A stretch of 64,000 nt of DNA from an uncultured Chloroflexia bacterium (GCA_963813335.1 CAWEYL010000001.1:686529-750528); one strand, 5' to 3'; counted from the stretch's first letter, positions 28,441 to 38,502 are shown. The notes: generated by a model not told the origin, from the sequence alone. Made by a program: numbers and translations.

Positions 28441-30063
28441 GTGGGCGAGATCGGCAAGAACATGTACGTGTTCGAGTACCGCGACGAGATCGTGGTCATC
28501 GACTGCGGCCTGATGTTCCCCGACGAGGAGATGTTCGGCATCGACCTCGTCATCCCCGATATCAGCTACCTCAAGGAACGCCGCCACATGGTCAAGGCGT
28601 TCCTCATCACCCACGCCCACGAGGACCACGTCGGCGGCCTGCCGTACGTGCTCCCCGAGTTCCCGGGCGTGCCGGTCTACGCCTCGACGCTCGCCCGCGG
28701 CCTGCTCGGCAACAAGATCAAGGAGCACAAGCTCCACAACAACCCGGTCCTCGCCCTCGACCCCGGCGAGGAGCTGGACATCGGCGCGTTCCACGTGATC
28801 CCGTTCCGGGTCGGCCATTCCATCCCGGACGCGATGGGCATCGCCCTGCGCACGCCGGTCGGGACCATCGTCCACACCGGGGACTTCAAGTTCGACCACA
28901 CCCCCGTCGACGGCAAGCTGTCGGACTTCGCGATCCTGGCCCGGCTGGGGCAGGAGGGGGTCATCTGCCTCCTGTCGGACTCGACCCGTGCCGAGAACCC
29001 GGGCTACACGCCGTCCGAGCGGACGGTCGGCGACGCGTTCCGCGAGATCATGGAGCCGCTCGAGGGGCGCGTGATCGTCGCCACGTTCGCGAGCAACATC
29101 GCCCGCGTCCAGCAGGTCCTCGACGCCGCCAGCGACATGGGCCGGAGCGTCTCGGTCATCGGCCGCTCGATGGAGCAGAACTTCAAGATCGCGACGGACC
29201 TGGGCTACCTCAAGTACGACGCGTCGATGATCGTCTCGAAGGACAAGATCAAGGACCACCCCGACGCCCAGCTCGTGATCGCCACGACCGGCGCCCAGGG
29301 CGAGCCGATGGCCGGCCTGGCGCGGATGGCCAACCGCGACCACCGCTTCGTGGAGATCCAGCCCGGCGACACCGTCATCGTCAGCGCGAGCCCGATCCCC
29401 GGCAACGAGGAGTACGTCTCGCGGACCATCGACAACCTGTTCAAGGCCGGGGCGAACGTCTACTACCACACGATCAAGCGCGCGCACGTCTCCGGGCACG
29501 CCAGCCAGGAGGAGCTCAAGCTGATGCTCGGGCTGACCAAGCCCAAGCACTTCATCCCCATGCACGGCGAATTCCGGATGCAGGTCCAGCACGGGCGCCT
29601 GGCGATCGAGACCGGGGTCAAGCCGGAGGACGTGTTCATCATCGAGAACGGGACGCCGATCGAGCTCTTCGCCGACGGGTCCGCCCGGCGCGGGAGCCCG
29701 GTCACGGCCGGGTACGTCTTCGTCGACGGCCTCTCGGTCGGCGAGGTCGGCGAGATCGTCCTGCGCGACCGCCGGTCGCTCGCGAACGACGGGATGTTCA
29801 TGATCGTGGTGACCGTCGACAAGCAGACGGGCTCGGTCGTCGGGCGGCCCGAGATCGTGACCCGCGGCTTCGTCCACCTCAACGAGAAGGACCCGATCAT
29901 GGCCGAGGCCGTCGAACGCGTGATGAGCGCCATCGACACGCCCGGCGACCACATCAGTGAGATCGCCCTGCTCAAGACCCAGGTCAAGGACGCCGTCTCG
30001 CGCTACCTGTACGAGCAGACCAAGCGGCGGCCGATGGTCTTCCCCGTCGTGGTGGAGGTCTAG
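28441..30063 (+). CDS. rnj: ribonuclease J (start probably upstream, see findings)
   Basis: GEIGKNMYVFEY, the MBL motif THAHEDHVGGLPY, beta-CASP and C-terminal domains. The conserved NPLRIIPLGG strand is encoded in frame just upstream of GTG 28441 without a canonical start. Confidence 0.9.
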   Translation: MGEIGKNMYVFEYRDEIVVIDCGLMFPDEEMFGIDLVIPDISYLKERRHMVKAFLITHAHEDHVGGLPYVLPEFPGVPVYASTLARGLLGNKIKEHKLHNNPVLALDPGEELDIGAFHVIPFRVGHSIPDAMGIALRTPVGTIVHTGDFKFDHTPVDGKLSDFAILARLGQEGVICLLSDSTRAENPGYTPSERTVGDAFREIMEPLEGRVIVATFASNIARVQQVLDAASDMGRSVSVIGRSMEQNFKIATDLGYLKYDASMIVSKDKIKDHPDAQLVIATTGAQGEPMAGLARMANRDHRFVEIQPGDTVIVSASPIPGNEEYVSRTIDNLFKAGANVYYHTIKRAHVSGHASQEELKLMLGLTKPKHFIPMHGEFRMQVQHGRLAIETGVKPEDVFIIENGTPIELFADGSARRGSPVTAGYVFVDGLSVGEVGEIVLRDRRSLANDGMFMIVVTVDKQTGSVVGRPEIVTRGFVHLNEKDPIMAEAVERVMSAIDTPGDHISEIALLKTQVKDAVSRYLYEQTKRRPMVFPVVVEV

Positions 30064-30066
30064 GCG

Positions 30067-32379
30067 TTGGCCACGCGCAAGCGCGCCCCCAGCCGCAACA
30101 CGACCGGCTCGCGCAGCCGTCGCCGCAGCGGCGGCGGGCTCGGGAAGCAATTCACGCCCGACGTCGTCCGCTCGATCATCGGGATCACGTTGCTGGTGCT
30201 GGGGGCGATGACGCTGATCGCACTGCTGCTGCCCGGCAAGGGCGCGCTCACGAGCTGGTGGACGGGCGTGTTCGCCCCGTGGTTCGGGGCGATGCGCTGG
30301 CTGCTGCCGTTCCTCCTGCTGGCGGCCGGCGGCTACCTCGAGTGGCGCCGTCCGAAGGGCTGGGGCCTCACCCTGCTCGGGATCGCGATCATGTACGCCG
30401 GGCTGCTGGGCATCGTCCAGGTCGTCTTCGCCAGCCCCACCTTCGCCGGCGGCGGCCGGGTCGGCCGGTTCCTGGCCAACATCCTCGAGCCGCTCCTGAC
30501 CGCGCCGGGCGCCATCGTCGTCCTGCTCGCGATGGTCGTCATCGGGTTGATGCTCGCCTTCGGCCTGCACCTCGACGAGATCTTCCGCCCGTTCGTCTCG
30601 GCCGGGAAGTGGTCGAAGACGACCGTGGCCGCGTCGCTCGCGCGCCCGCCGGCGACCGGGGCCGCAGCCAGGCCGGCAGCGGCCAAGGCCGGGGCGAAGT
30701 CGCCGGTCGCGGTCCCGATCCAGCCCGGCTCGGGCGACCCGGCCGTGCCGAGCATCCTCGACGGGCCGCCCGCGCCCGCCACCAGCCAGGCGCCGATCAG
30801 CCGGACGGTGTGGACCGGCGAGGGCGCCGCGCCCATGCCGGCCGCGAGCGCCGCCGTCGCCGTCGCCGCCCGCGCCGCCGTCGCCGTGGAGGAGGCGGAC
30901 GGGCTCGAGTCGATCGCCTGGACGCTGCCCTCGATCGACCTGCTCCAGGCGCCCGTCCCGACTCGCGATGCCGGCCAGATCGACCACGCCGCGAACATCC
31001 GCCGGATCGAGGAGAAGCTCCAGCACTTCGCGATCCCGGCCAAGGTCGTCCACTACAACACCGGGCCGGTCGTCACGCAGTACGAGGTCCGGCCGGCTAA
31101 CGGCGTCAAGCTGTCGCGCATCGAGGCGCTCAGCGACGACCTCGCGATGGCCCTCGCCGCCCGCTCGATCCGCATCGAGGCGCCGATCCCCGGCAAGGAC
31201 CTCGTCGGCATCGAGATCCCCAACACGGTGGGCGAGGTGGTCGCGTTCCGGCCACTCGTCGAGGACAGCAACATGCTCGGCGCCACGAGCCCGCTGACCT
31301 TCGCCCTCGGGCGCGACGTGTCGGGCAAGGCGTGGGCGGTCGACCTCGCCAAGATGCCGCACCTGCTGATCGCGGGCGCCACCGGCTCGGGCAAGAGCGT
31401 CTGCGTCAATGCGGTCATCACGAGCCTGCTGATGCGGGCCAAGCCGGACGAGGTCCGCCTGATCCTGGTCGACCTCAAGCGGGTCGAGCTGGCGCCCTAC
31501 GACAAGCTGCCGCACCTGCTCCAGCACGTGATCGTCGAGGCCAACGAGGCGAAGGCGATCCTCAACTGGGCGGTCCACGAGATGGAGGACCGCTACAAGG
31601 CCCTCGCCTCGCGGACCGTGCGCAACATCGAGGGCTTCAACGCCCTGCCCGAGGAGGTCCGCGGGGAGCGGCTGCCGTACATCGTGCTGATCATCGACGA
31701 GCTGGCCGACCTGATCATGCGCGAGGGCCGCAAGGTCGAGGACCCGGTCGTCAAGATCGCCCAGAAGGCCCGCGCGGTCGGGATCCACCTGGTCCTCGCC
31801 ACGCAGCGGCCGTCGGTGAACGTCGTCACGGGGCTCATCAAGGCCAACGTGCCGTCGCGCATCGCGTTCGCGATGGCCTCGATGGTCGACTCGCGGACCG
31901 TCCTCGATTCACCAGGCGCGGAGGACCTCATCGGCCGCGGCGACATGCTCTACCAGCCGGTCGACCTGCCGCGCCCGGCCCGCCTGCAGGGCGTGTTCGT
32001 CAGTGACGCCGAGGTCAACGCCGTCACCCACCACTGGCTCGCCCAGGCCGAGGGCCGGACCTTCTACGAGGAGGCCATCCTCGAGTTCAGCGACGGCGAG
32101 GGGAACGGCAATGGCGAGTTCGCCTGGCTGGCCGCGCTCGACGTCGACGAGATGACCCCGCACGCGGCGGAGCTCGTGATGCGCGAGCAGAAGGCGAGCA
32201 CCTCGCGCCTGCAGACGAAGCTCAAGCTCGGCTTCTCGCGGGCGAGTCGGGTGATGGACGAGCTGGAGCGTTACGGCATCGTCGGTCCACAGGACCCGCG
32301 CAACCCGGCGACCCCGCGGATCATCTACGGGCCTGACAACTGGCTGCGCTCGACAGACGACGTCGACCGGGACGATTGA
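30067..32379 (+). CDS. ftsK: DNA translocase FtsK
   Basis: N-terminal TM helices, a Pro/Ala-rich linker, the motor domain with Walker A IAGATGSGKSV and Walker B IVLIIDELADL, and the gamma winged-helix (STSRLQTKLKLGFSRASRVMDELE). Confidence 0.93.
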   Translation: MATRKRAPSRNTTGSRSRRRSGGGLGKQFTPDVVRSIIGITLLVLGAMTLIALLLPGKGALTSWWTGVFAPWFGAMRWLLPFLLLAAGGYLEWRRPKGWGLTLLGIAIMYAGLLGIVQVVFASPTFAGGGRVGRFLANILEPLLTAPGAIVVLLAMVVIGLMLAFGLHLDEIFRPFVSAGKWSKTTVAASLARPPATGAAARPAAAKAGAKSPVAVPIQPGSGDPAVPSILDGPPAPATSQAPISRTVWTGEGAAPMPAASAAVAVAARAAVAVEEADGLESIAWTLPSIDLLQAPVPTRDAGQIDHAANIRRIEEKLQHFAIPAKVVHYNTGPVVTQYEVRPANGVKLSRIEALSDDLAMALAARSIRIEAPIPGKDLVGIEIPNTVGEVVAFRPLVEDSNMLGATSPLTFALGRDVSGKAWAVDLAKMPHLLIAGATGSGKSVCVNAVITSLLMRAKPDEVRLILVDLKRVELAPYDKLPHLLQHVIVEANEAKAILNWAVHEMEDRYKALASRTVRNIEGFNALPEEVRGERLPYIVLIIDELADLIMREGRKVEDPVVKIAQKARAVGIHLVLATQRPSVNVVTGLIKANVPSRIAFAMASMVDSRTVLDSPGAEDLIGRGDMLYQPVDLPRPARLQGVFVSDAEVNAVTHHWLAQAEGRTFYEEAILEFSDGEGNGNGEFAWLAALDVDEMTPHAAELVMREQKASTSRLQTKLKLGFSRASRVMDELERYGIVGPQDPRNPATPRIIYGPDNWLRSTDDVDRDD

Positions 32380-32485
32380 GGGTGTCCGCTCGCCGTCGGC
32401 CGGCCGTTCGGGACGCGTGGGGTATGCTGACCGGCCTGAGGCGAACCCGGATGGCCGCCTCGCGATCGACGCCGACGGACCACCG

Positions 32486-33853
32486 ATGACGACACAGGAC
32501 CGAACGAGGCGGACGACGTCGGGAGACCGCCCCGACGCGCCCAAGCCGGCCCCGGACGCCGCCACGAGCCTGCCGGAGCGCCTCTACGAGGCGCGCGAGC
32601 GCAAGGGCGTCGACCTGTACCGCGCCGAGCGCGACACGAAGATCCGGGCGCGCTACCTCGACGCCCTGGAGCGGGGTGACTACAAGGAGCTCCCCGGCGC
32701 GGTGTACACGAAGGGGTTCCTGCGCAACTACGCGCTCTACCTCGGCCTCGACGCCGACGAGATCCTCGAGCAGTGGCGGCGCGAGCGCGGTGAGCCCAAG
32801 GATGCGCCGGCGGTCATCTCGGTGCCGCGCCCCCTGGCCGCCCCGCGCCAGGGCCTGACCTTCTCGCCGTTCATCGTCGTCCTCGCCCTCATGACCATCG
32901 GCGTGCTGGCGTTCGGGGCCTACCTGGGCGTCCAGCTCCTGCGCTTCGCGAAACCGCCGACGATCTCGGTCACGGACCCGGCGACGGCGGTGGTCCAGGT
33001 CGACGACACCGCCACGTCGTACACGCTGCGCGGCGTGACCCTGCCGAACGCGACCGTCAACATCGACGACGGGACGCCCGGTCGCGACCCCTACCAGGTG
33101 ACCGCCGAGGCGACCGGGCTGTGGTCGGCGAGCGTCGACCTGCGCCGCGGTCGCAACCAGTTCGATATCAGCGCCATCGACCCGGACACCGGCAAGCACT
33201 CCGAGGACACCATCCCGATCTACATCACCGTGCCGTTCCCGACGGTCGAGGCCCCGACGCTCACCGTCGACCAGCCGGCGGAGGGAGCCACGTACGAGAA
33301 CGGGGCGATCCCGGTCCAGGGGATGACCACGAACGCGACCTCCGTGGTGATCACGGCGGCCTACACCGGTCCGGTCCAGCCGACCGGGGCAGGGAAGCCC
33401 ACGCCGCCGCCGCAGAAGGCGCCGGCCCCGCAACCGGCGACGATCGCGGACGACGGGACCTTCGCCTCACCGCTCGAGCTGACGGGCGGTCACTGGGCGA
33501 TCACCATCACCGCGTCGAGCGCGGAGGGCAAGAAGACCGCCCTGACGCGGAACGTGACCGTCGCCTACCAGGGCGTGAACGTCGTGGTGTCGATCCAGAA
33601 CGGGCGCGCCTGGGTCAAGGTCTGGGTCGACGGCAAGGTGTCCGACGTCACCGGGTCGGCGGGTCGCGTCTTCGCCCCGGGCAAGGTCCTGACCTTCAAC
33701 GCCGAGCAGTCGGTGGAGGTCCGGACCGGCAAGTCCAACGCCACGTACTTCACGGTCAACGGGATCGACCTGGGCCATATGTCCGCCTTGGGCAACCCCG
33801 AGACCTGGCTGTTCGCGCCGCCCGACGACCCGAAGCAGACCGACCGGCGCTGA
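32486..33853 (+). CDS. RodZ-like HTH (XRE) membrane protein with DUF4115 C-terminal domain
   Basis: LPERLYEARERKGVDLYRAERDTKIRARYLDALERGDYKELPGAVYTKGFLRNYALYLGLD, one TM helix (FIVVLALMTIGVLAFGAYLGV), Ig-like repeats and a DUF4115-like end (VKVWVDGK...VEVRTGKSNATYFTVNG). An alternative GTG start lies at 32417. Confidence 0.75.
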   Translation: MTTQDRTRRTTSGDRPDAPKPAPDAATSLPERLYEARERKGVDLYRAERDTKIRARYLDALERGDYKELPGAVYTKGFLRNYALYLGLDADEILEQWRRERGEPKDAPAVISVPRPLAAPRQGLTFSPFIVVLALMTIGVLAFGAYLGVQLLRFAKPPTISVTDPATAVVQVDDTATSYTLRGVTLPNATVNIDDGTPGRDPYQVTAEATGLWSASVDLRRGRNQFDISAIDPDTGKHSEDTIPIYITVPFPTVEAPTLTVDQPAEGATYENGAIPVQGMTTNATSVVITAAYTGPVQPTGAGKPTPPPQKAPAPQPATIADDGTFASPLELTGGHWAITITASSAEGKKTALTRNVTVAYQGVNVVVSIQNGRAWVKVWVDGKVSDVTGSAGRVFAPGKVLTFNAEQSVEVRTGKSNATYFTVNGIDLGHMSALGNPETWLFAPPDDPKQTDRR

Positions 33854-33860
33854 CCGGTCG

Positions 33861-34385
33861 ATGGATACGCCGCCCACCTCGCACGCGGACCTCACGGACC
33901 TCGCCAGCCGGCTCCAGGCGGCGTGCCTTGCCCACGGCCAGACCGTCGCGACCGCCGAATCGTGCACCGGCGGCCTGGTCGCCCACGCCATCACCGCGAT
34001 CCCCGGCGCGTCCGGTTACTTCCTCGGCTCGGTGGTCAGCTACAGCGACGCGGTCAAGCGGGACCTGCTGGACGTGCCCGCCGAGCTGATCCGCACCCAC
34101 GGGGCGGTCAGCGCGCAGGTCGCGCTCGCGATGGCCGCCGGCGCCCGGTCCCGCGTGGGGTCCGACCTCGGGGTCGGCATCACCGGCGTCGCGGGACCCG
34201 ACGGCGGCACGGACGAGAAGCCGGTCGGGCTCGTCTACGTGGCGGTCGCCGACGCGGAGGGCGCCGAGGTCCGGCGCTACCTGTGGACCCGGGACCGGAC
34301 GGGCAACATCGTGGAGAGTGCGGCGGCGGCGCTGCGGGCGCTCGTCGAACGGGCCGAACGACCCAGCGAGGTCGCCAGCCGGTGA
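33861..34385 (+). CDS. cinA: CinA C-terminal domain protein / nicotinamide-nucleotide amidohydrolase (PncC-like)
   Basis: TVATAESCTGGLVAHAIT.IPGAS.YF.GSVVSYS...K...L.V......HGAVS...A..MA......GVGITGVAGP.GG...KPVGLVYVAV. Confidence 0.88.
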   Translation: MDTPPTSHADLTDLASRLQAACLAHGQTVATAESCTGGLVAHAITAIPGASGYFLGSVVSYSDAVKRDLLDVPAELIRTHGAVSAQVALAMAAGARSRVGSDLGVGITGVAGPDGGTDEKPVGLVYVAVADAEGAEVRRYLWTRDRTGNIVESAAAALRALVERAERPSEVASR

Positions 34386-35926
34386 CGCGCACCTCCGAGG
34401 AGATCGGACGCGGTCTGGCGGCGCCGCGGCCGGGTCGGCCCATCGTGCCCGGCACCAGGATCCATGTGGTCGGCGTCGGGGGCGCGGCGTCGTCGGGGGC
34501 GGCCCTCCACGCCGCCGCGGCGGGAGCGGTCGTCAGCGCGTGCGACACGGGCGGGCCGGACCCGCTGACCGCGGCCGTGACCGCGGCCGGGATCCCGATC
34601 GCCTGGGAGCACGACGCAGCCCACGTCCGCGCGCCCGACGGCTCGCGGCTGGTCGACCGCGTCGCGGTCACGAAAGCCATCACGTCGGTCGATCCCGACC
34701 ACCCTGAGCTGGTCGCCGCACGCGAGCTCGGGATCGAGCCCGAGAGCGTCCAGCAGGTGATCGCCGATGCCGCCGCGACCGGAGGTCGACGCCTGGTGGC
34801 CGTCACCGGCACCCACGGCAAGTCGACGACCTCCGGCTGGATCCTGGACATCCTCGCCGAGGCGGGCGCGGACCCCTCGGGCTTCGTCGGGGCGATGCTG
34901 CCGGCCGCGATCGCCGGCCCGCAGCGCGGCGCGGCGCGGATCGGGGCCGGCCGCGACTTCGTCGTCGAGGCGGACGAGTACGCCGGGAACTTCGACCCGT
35001 ACCGCCCCGACATCACGGTCCTGATCTCCGCGGAGTGGGATCACCCCGACGTCTTCGCGGACGAGGCGGCCGTGGTCTCGGCCTTCGCCGCCTGGATCGG
35101 CCGGGCCGGACCGGCGACGGGTGGGACGCCCACGCTCGTCGCCAACGTCGGCGATCGCGGCGTGCGCGCGGTGCTCGCCGCGCTGGAGGACTGGCCGGGC
35201 CGGCGCATCGGCGTCCAGCTCGTCGCCGATGCCGGCGAGGTCGCGCCCGGCGCCGCGATCGTCGGGACGATCGTCGGCGAGGACGGCGACGGAACGGACC
35301 TCTCGGTGACCGGCCTGCGCGGCCCGGGAGCGGCACCCGACCGCGTCCGCCTGCGGCTCATCGGCCGGCACATGGCGATCGACGGCCTGATGGCCGCCGG
35401 CGGCGCGTACGCGACCGGCCTCGATGCCGACGCGATCCTGGCTGGCCTGGCGTCGTTCGAGGGCGTGGGCCGCCGCTTCGAGCTGAAGGGTGAGATCGGC
35501 GGCGTCACGGTCCTCGACGACTACGCGCACCACCCGACCGCGATGCGCATGACCTTCGCCGCCGCGCGGCGGCGCTACCCCGGCCGCCGGCTGTGGGCGG
35601 TCTACGAGCCGCTGACGTACCACCGCACCGCGGCGATGCTGGACGAGTTCGCGGCAGTCCTCGCCGAGGCCGACCGGGCGGCCGTCATCGATATCTGGGC
35701 CGTGCGCGACCCCGACCTGACGATCACCTCGGCCGCGGCGCTCGCCGCGGCCACCAGCGCGCGCAGCGCGGTCCCGGTCGAGGCGATCGGCAGCCCCGAA
35801 GCCGCGGCGGCCTGGCTGGCCGATGCCGTGGTACCTGGTGACGTGGTGCTGATCATGGGCGGCGGCCGGTCGTACGTGGCCGCCGAGCAGCTGGTCGAGC
35901 GACTGCGCGCCCGCGCCGGCGCCTAG
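34382..35926 (+). CDS. murC: Mur ligase family protein, UDP-N-acetylmuramate--L-alanine ligase-like (MurC/Mpl)
   Basis: IHVVGVGGAASSGAALHAAAAGAVVSACD, the P-loop VTGTHGKSTTSGWI, DEYAGNF and DDYAHHPT. GTGA overlap with cinA. Not in a dcw cluster, so MurC versus Mpl is unresolved. Confidence 0.75.
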   Translation: MTRTSEEIGRGLAAPRPGRPIVPGTRIHVVGVGGAASSGAALHAAAAGAVVSACDTGGPDPLTAAVTAAGIPIAWEHDAAHVRAPDGSRLVDRVAVTKAITSVDPDHPELVAARELGIEPESVQQVIADAAATGGRRLVAVTGTHGKSTTSGWILDILAEAGADPSGFVGAMLPAAIAGPQRGAARIGAGRDFVVEADEYAGNFDPYRPDITVLISAEWDHPDVFADEAAVVSAFAAWIGRAGPATGGTPTLVANVGDRGVRAVLAALEDWPGRRIGVQLVADAGEVAPGAAIVGTIVGEDGDGTDLSVTGLRGPGAAPDRVRLRLIGRHMAIDGLMAAGGAYATGLDADAILAGLASFEGVGRRFELKGEIGGVTVLDDYAHHPTAMRMTFAAARRRYPGRRLWAVYEPLTYHRTAAMLDEFAAVLAEADRAAVIDIWAVRDPDLTITSAAALAAATSARSAVPVEAIGSPEAAAAWLADAVVPGDVVLIMGGGRSYVAAEQLVERLRARAGA

Positions 35927-37500
35927 CCGGCCGCGGTCGCCGCCTCCCCCTCCGCGGCACGGTCTGCGTCCTCGGCGCGGGCGCCGACCGGGCGCGCGTA
36001 GAGCGGGTGCCCGTCCGAGGTGATGCAGGCGCCGGTCGCGAGCTCCCATTGCCAGCCGTGCAGCGCGCAGGTCATCACGCCGTCCTCCTCGGACGCGAAC
36101 CGGGTCAGGTCGGCCTTCATGTGGGGGCAGCGCCGCTGGACGTCGTAGCCGGCGAACTCGAAGGTGCCCTGGGTCGGCCCGTGCTCGGCGTAGAAGCCCT
36201 CCGCGTACTGCAGGCGCTCGACGTTGAGGCACTTGAACCAGGTGTAGACGTAGTCGTTGTACGGGCCGCGCCGGCGCGCCCGGAAGCGCATCGAGAGGAA
36301 CAGCTCGTTGACCCAGTCCTCGACGTGCTCGCGGACGAGGTGGTCGACGAGCTCGCGCTCGATGAAGAACTGGTAGCGCGGGTCCTCGTCCTCGAGCGGC
36401 CGGCGGACCTCCCGGGTCGCGAAATCGATCACGAGCCGCTCGTCGCCGACGTCGAGGAGGACCGGCTGGTCGATGCCGGCGCAGATCATGTCGGCCTGCT
36501 CGAGGAGCGGGTCCCACCACGCCTTCAGCTCCGGCAGCAGGTCGACCCGCGCACCCTTCCACGCGGCGCGCTCCGCCGCGATGACGGGTGCCTTGCGCGC
36601 CTGGTAGGCCTCGAGGTAGGCGCGCTTGTCGGCGAAGATCGCGGCCGGATCCACCGGGTGGGTGACATCGAACCGGCCCTTGCCGACGTCCGCGACGCTG
36701 CCCGGCAGCATCAGCCGGCCGCCGTGCCGGCCGTGCTCGGCCAGGTAGTCGAGGAAGGTCGGCTGGTCCGGGAACGTGTTCCACTCGTTGCCGTGGAGGT
36801 CGTTGAACTCGAACAGGTCCGGGTCGAGGAAGCATGGTGGCCCCGCGGACGGGACCACGAACGCCGGGTCGAGCACCTCGACATAGCGGAGCGCCCGCGC
36901 CGACTGGGCGACGCGCTTCTTGTGACCGAGCACCTGCTGCGCGTTGTCGGGGTAGTCGTAGACCATCGGATACCAGATCGCGCCCGAGAACTGGAGGAAC
37001 GCGGCGTCCAGGGGCCCGCCCGCCAGCAGCAGGTCCGGCTCGGGCGGCCGCGAGTCGTTCATGTTCAGGACGCGGACCTCGCCGTCGTCGATGAGCAGCG
37101 CGGAATCGCCGATCGGGCCGTCGGTCGGGGCCACCAGCGCGTGGATCGTCAGGGTCAGCGGCCCGGCCTCGAACGGCTCCAGGTCCACGCTCTCGATGAA
37201 GCGCTCGAAGCCCAGACCGCGGAGCGCCTTCTTGAGGTCGTCGAGCGGGTAGGCGGGCAGCAGCACGGTCGTGCCCTTGTCGACATGGTCGCGCAGGAAG
37301 CGCGGGTCGAAGTGGTCGTGGTGCAGGTGCGAGACGTACAGGAACGTCGGATGGCCGATCTGCTCGGGATCGATGCCGTCATTGGCCGGGAACGGGTACC
37401 ACGACCCGAAGAACGAGGGGTTGAACCACGGGTCGCACAGGATGCTGACGCCCCTGGTCTCGACGAACAACCCGGCCTGGCCGAGGAAGGTGATCTGCAC
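35923..37500 (-). CDS. MBL-fold hydrolase domain fused to C-terminal Rieske [2Fe-2S] domain
   Basis: N-terminus MQITFLGQAGLFVE...LCDPWF...YVSHLHHDHFD (UlaG-like MBL fold). C-terminus CPHMKADL...CALHGWQWEL (Rieske CxH...CxxH). Confidence 0.75.
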   Translation of the reverse strand: MQITFLGQAGLFVETRGVSILCDPWFNPSFFGSWYPFPANDGIDPEQIGHPTFLYVSHLHHDHFDPRFLRDHVDKGTTVLLPAYPLDDLKKALRGLGFERFIESVDLEPFEAGPLTLTIHALVAPTDGPIGDSALLIDDGEVRVLNMNDSRPPEPDLLLAGGPLDAAFLQFSGAIWYPMVYDYPDNAQQVLGHKKRVAQSARALRYVEVLDPAFVVPSAGPPCFLDPDLFEFNDLHGNEWNTFPDQPTFLDYLAEHGRHGGRLMLPGSVADVGKGRFDVTHPVDPAAIFADKRAYLEAYQARKAPVIAAERAAWKGARVDLLPELKAWWDPLLEQADMICAGIDQPVLLDVGDERLVIDFATREVRRPLEDEDPRYQFFIERELVDHLVREHVEDWVNELFLSMRFRARRRGPYNDYVYTWFKCLNVERLQYAEGFYAEHGPTQGTFEFAGYDVQRRCPHMKADLTRFASEEDGVMTCALHGWQWELATGACITSDGHPLYARPVGARAEDADRAAEGEAATAAG

Positions 37501-37601
37501 GGGGGAAGGATACCGGCGGGGGAGGCCCGGCCGCCGACGGGCGCCCCGCGGGATGGTGGCCTACCATTGGTGGACCGCAGCACGAGGAGCACGGCTCGCC
37601 C

Positions 37602-38021
37602 ATGTCCGTCGACTACGCCACCGCCGGGACGATGCTCGAGACCTTCGGTCGCGCGTGGGCGACCTTCGATGGCGACCTGATCGTCTCGATGTTCACCGAC
37701 GATGCCGAGTATCACGCCGACCTCTTCGCGCCGCCGATGGTCGGGCACAACGCGATCCGGGCGTACTGGCTCGACGGCTCGACCACGACCGGGGATGTCG
37801 AGTTCGTCCCGGAGCGGCACTGGGTCGCGGGCGACACCGTCCTGACCGCGTGGCATGCGAGCTACCAGGAGCTGGCCACCAGGGCGCGCGTGCACCTCGT
37901 GGGCTTCATGACCTGGGAGCTGGCGCCGGACGGACGCATCGCGAAGCTGCGCGAATGGACGCTCCAGGCCCCGTCGGGCGGCGCCGCTGGCCTGGGCAGA
38001 GGAGGATCGGATGGCCGGTGA
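37602..38021 (+). CDS. SnoaL/NTF2-like domain protein
   Basis: ~139 aa with TMLETFGRAWATFDGDLIVSMFTDDAEYH...GHNAIRAYW, typical of NTF2-like folds. Confidence 0.6.
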   Translation: MSVDYATAGTMLETFGRAWATFDGDLIVSMFTDDAEYHADLFAPPMVGHNAIRAYWLDGSTTTGDVEFVPERHWVAGDTVLTAWHASYQELATRARVHLVGFMTWELAPDGRIAKLREWTLQAPSGGAAGLGRGGSDGR

Positions 38022-38502
38022 AGTCTCATTCGACGTCGTGAGCGATTTCGACGAGCAGGAGCTGCGCAACGCGCTCGACCAGGTGCGCCGCGAGGTCCAG
38101 CAGCGCTACGACTTCAAGGGCGTGACGGTGGACCTGACGCAGGCCAAGGACGAGCTCGTCCTGGTGACCGACGACGAGTACCGAGCCGCCGCGGTGAAGG
38201 ACCTGATCGAGTCGAAGGCGATCCGGCGCAACCTGTCCCTGAAGATCTTCGACTGGGGGACCGTCGAGCCCGCCGGCGGGAACAAGGTCCGCCAGGCGAT
38301 CAAGCTCCGGCGCGGCCTCGGCGAGGTCGTCGCCAAGCGGATCACGAAGCTGATCCGCGACGAGTTCCCGAAGGTCAAGTCGCAGATCCAGGGCGATGCC
38401 GTGCGCGTATCGGCCAAGAGCAAGGACGACCTCCAACGGGTCATCGCGCGCCTCCGCGAGCTCGACGAGCCGGTCCCGCTCCAGTTCGAGAACTACCGGT
38501 AG
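38011..38502 (+). CDS. yajQ: YajQ family nucleotide (cyclic di-GMP)-binding protein
   Basis: SFDVVSDFDEQELRNALDQVRREVQQRYDFKG...VRVSAKSKDDLQ matches UPF0234/YajQ. 163 aa. Confidence 0.88.
   Translation: MAGEVSFDVVSDFDEQELRNALDQVRREVQQRYDFKGVTVDLTQAKDELVLVTDDEYRAAAVKDLIESKAIRRNLSLKIFDWGTVEPAGGNKVRQAIKLRRGLGEVVAKRITKLIRDEFPKVKSQIQGDAVRVSAKSKDDLQRVIARLRELDEPVPLQFENYR

Noticed and set aside
26834-28513. 559-aa plus-strand ORF spanning asd, udg and the rnj start.
   Set aside because: It is a composite: out of frame within asd, in frame only for the UDG core, then out-of-frame read-through after the apparent indel at about 28170. It is not a single gene.
28378-31788. 1136-aa ORF on the minus strand.
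   Set aside because: It runs antisense to well-supported rnj and ftsK. Its composition is dominated by Arg/Asp/Gly/Pro/Leu, typical of non-coding frames in very GC-rich DNA, and it has no recognisable motif.
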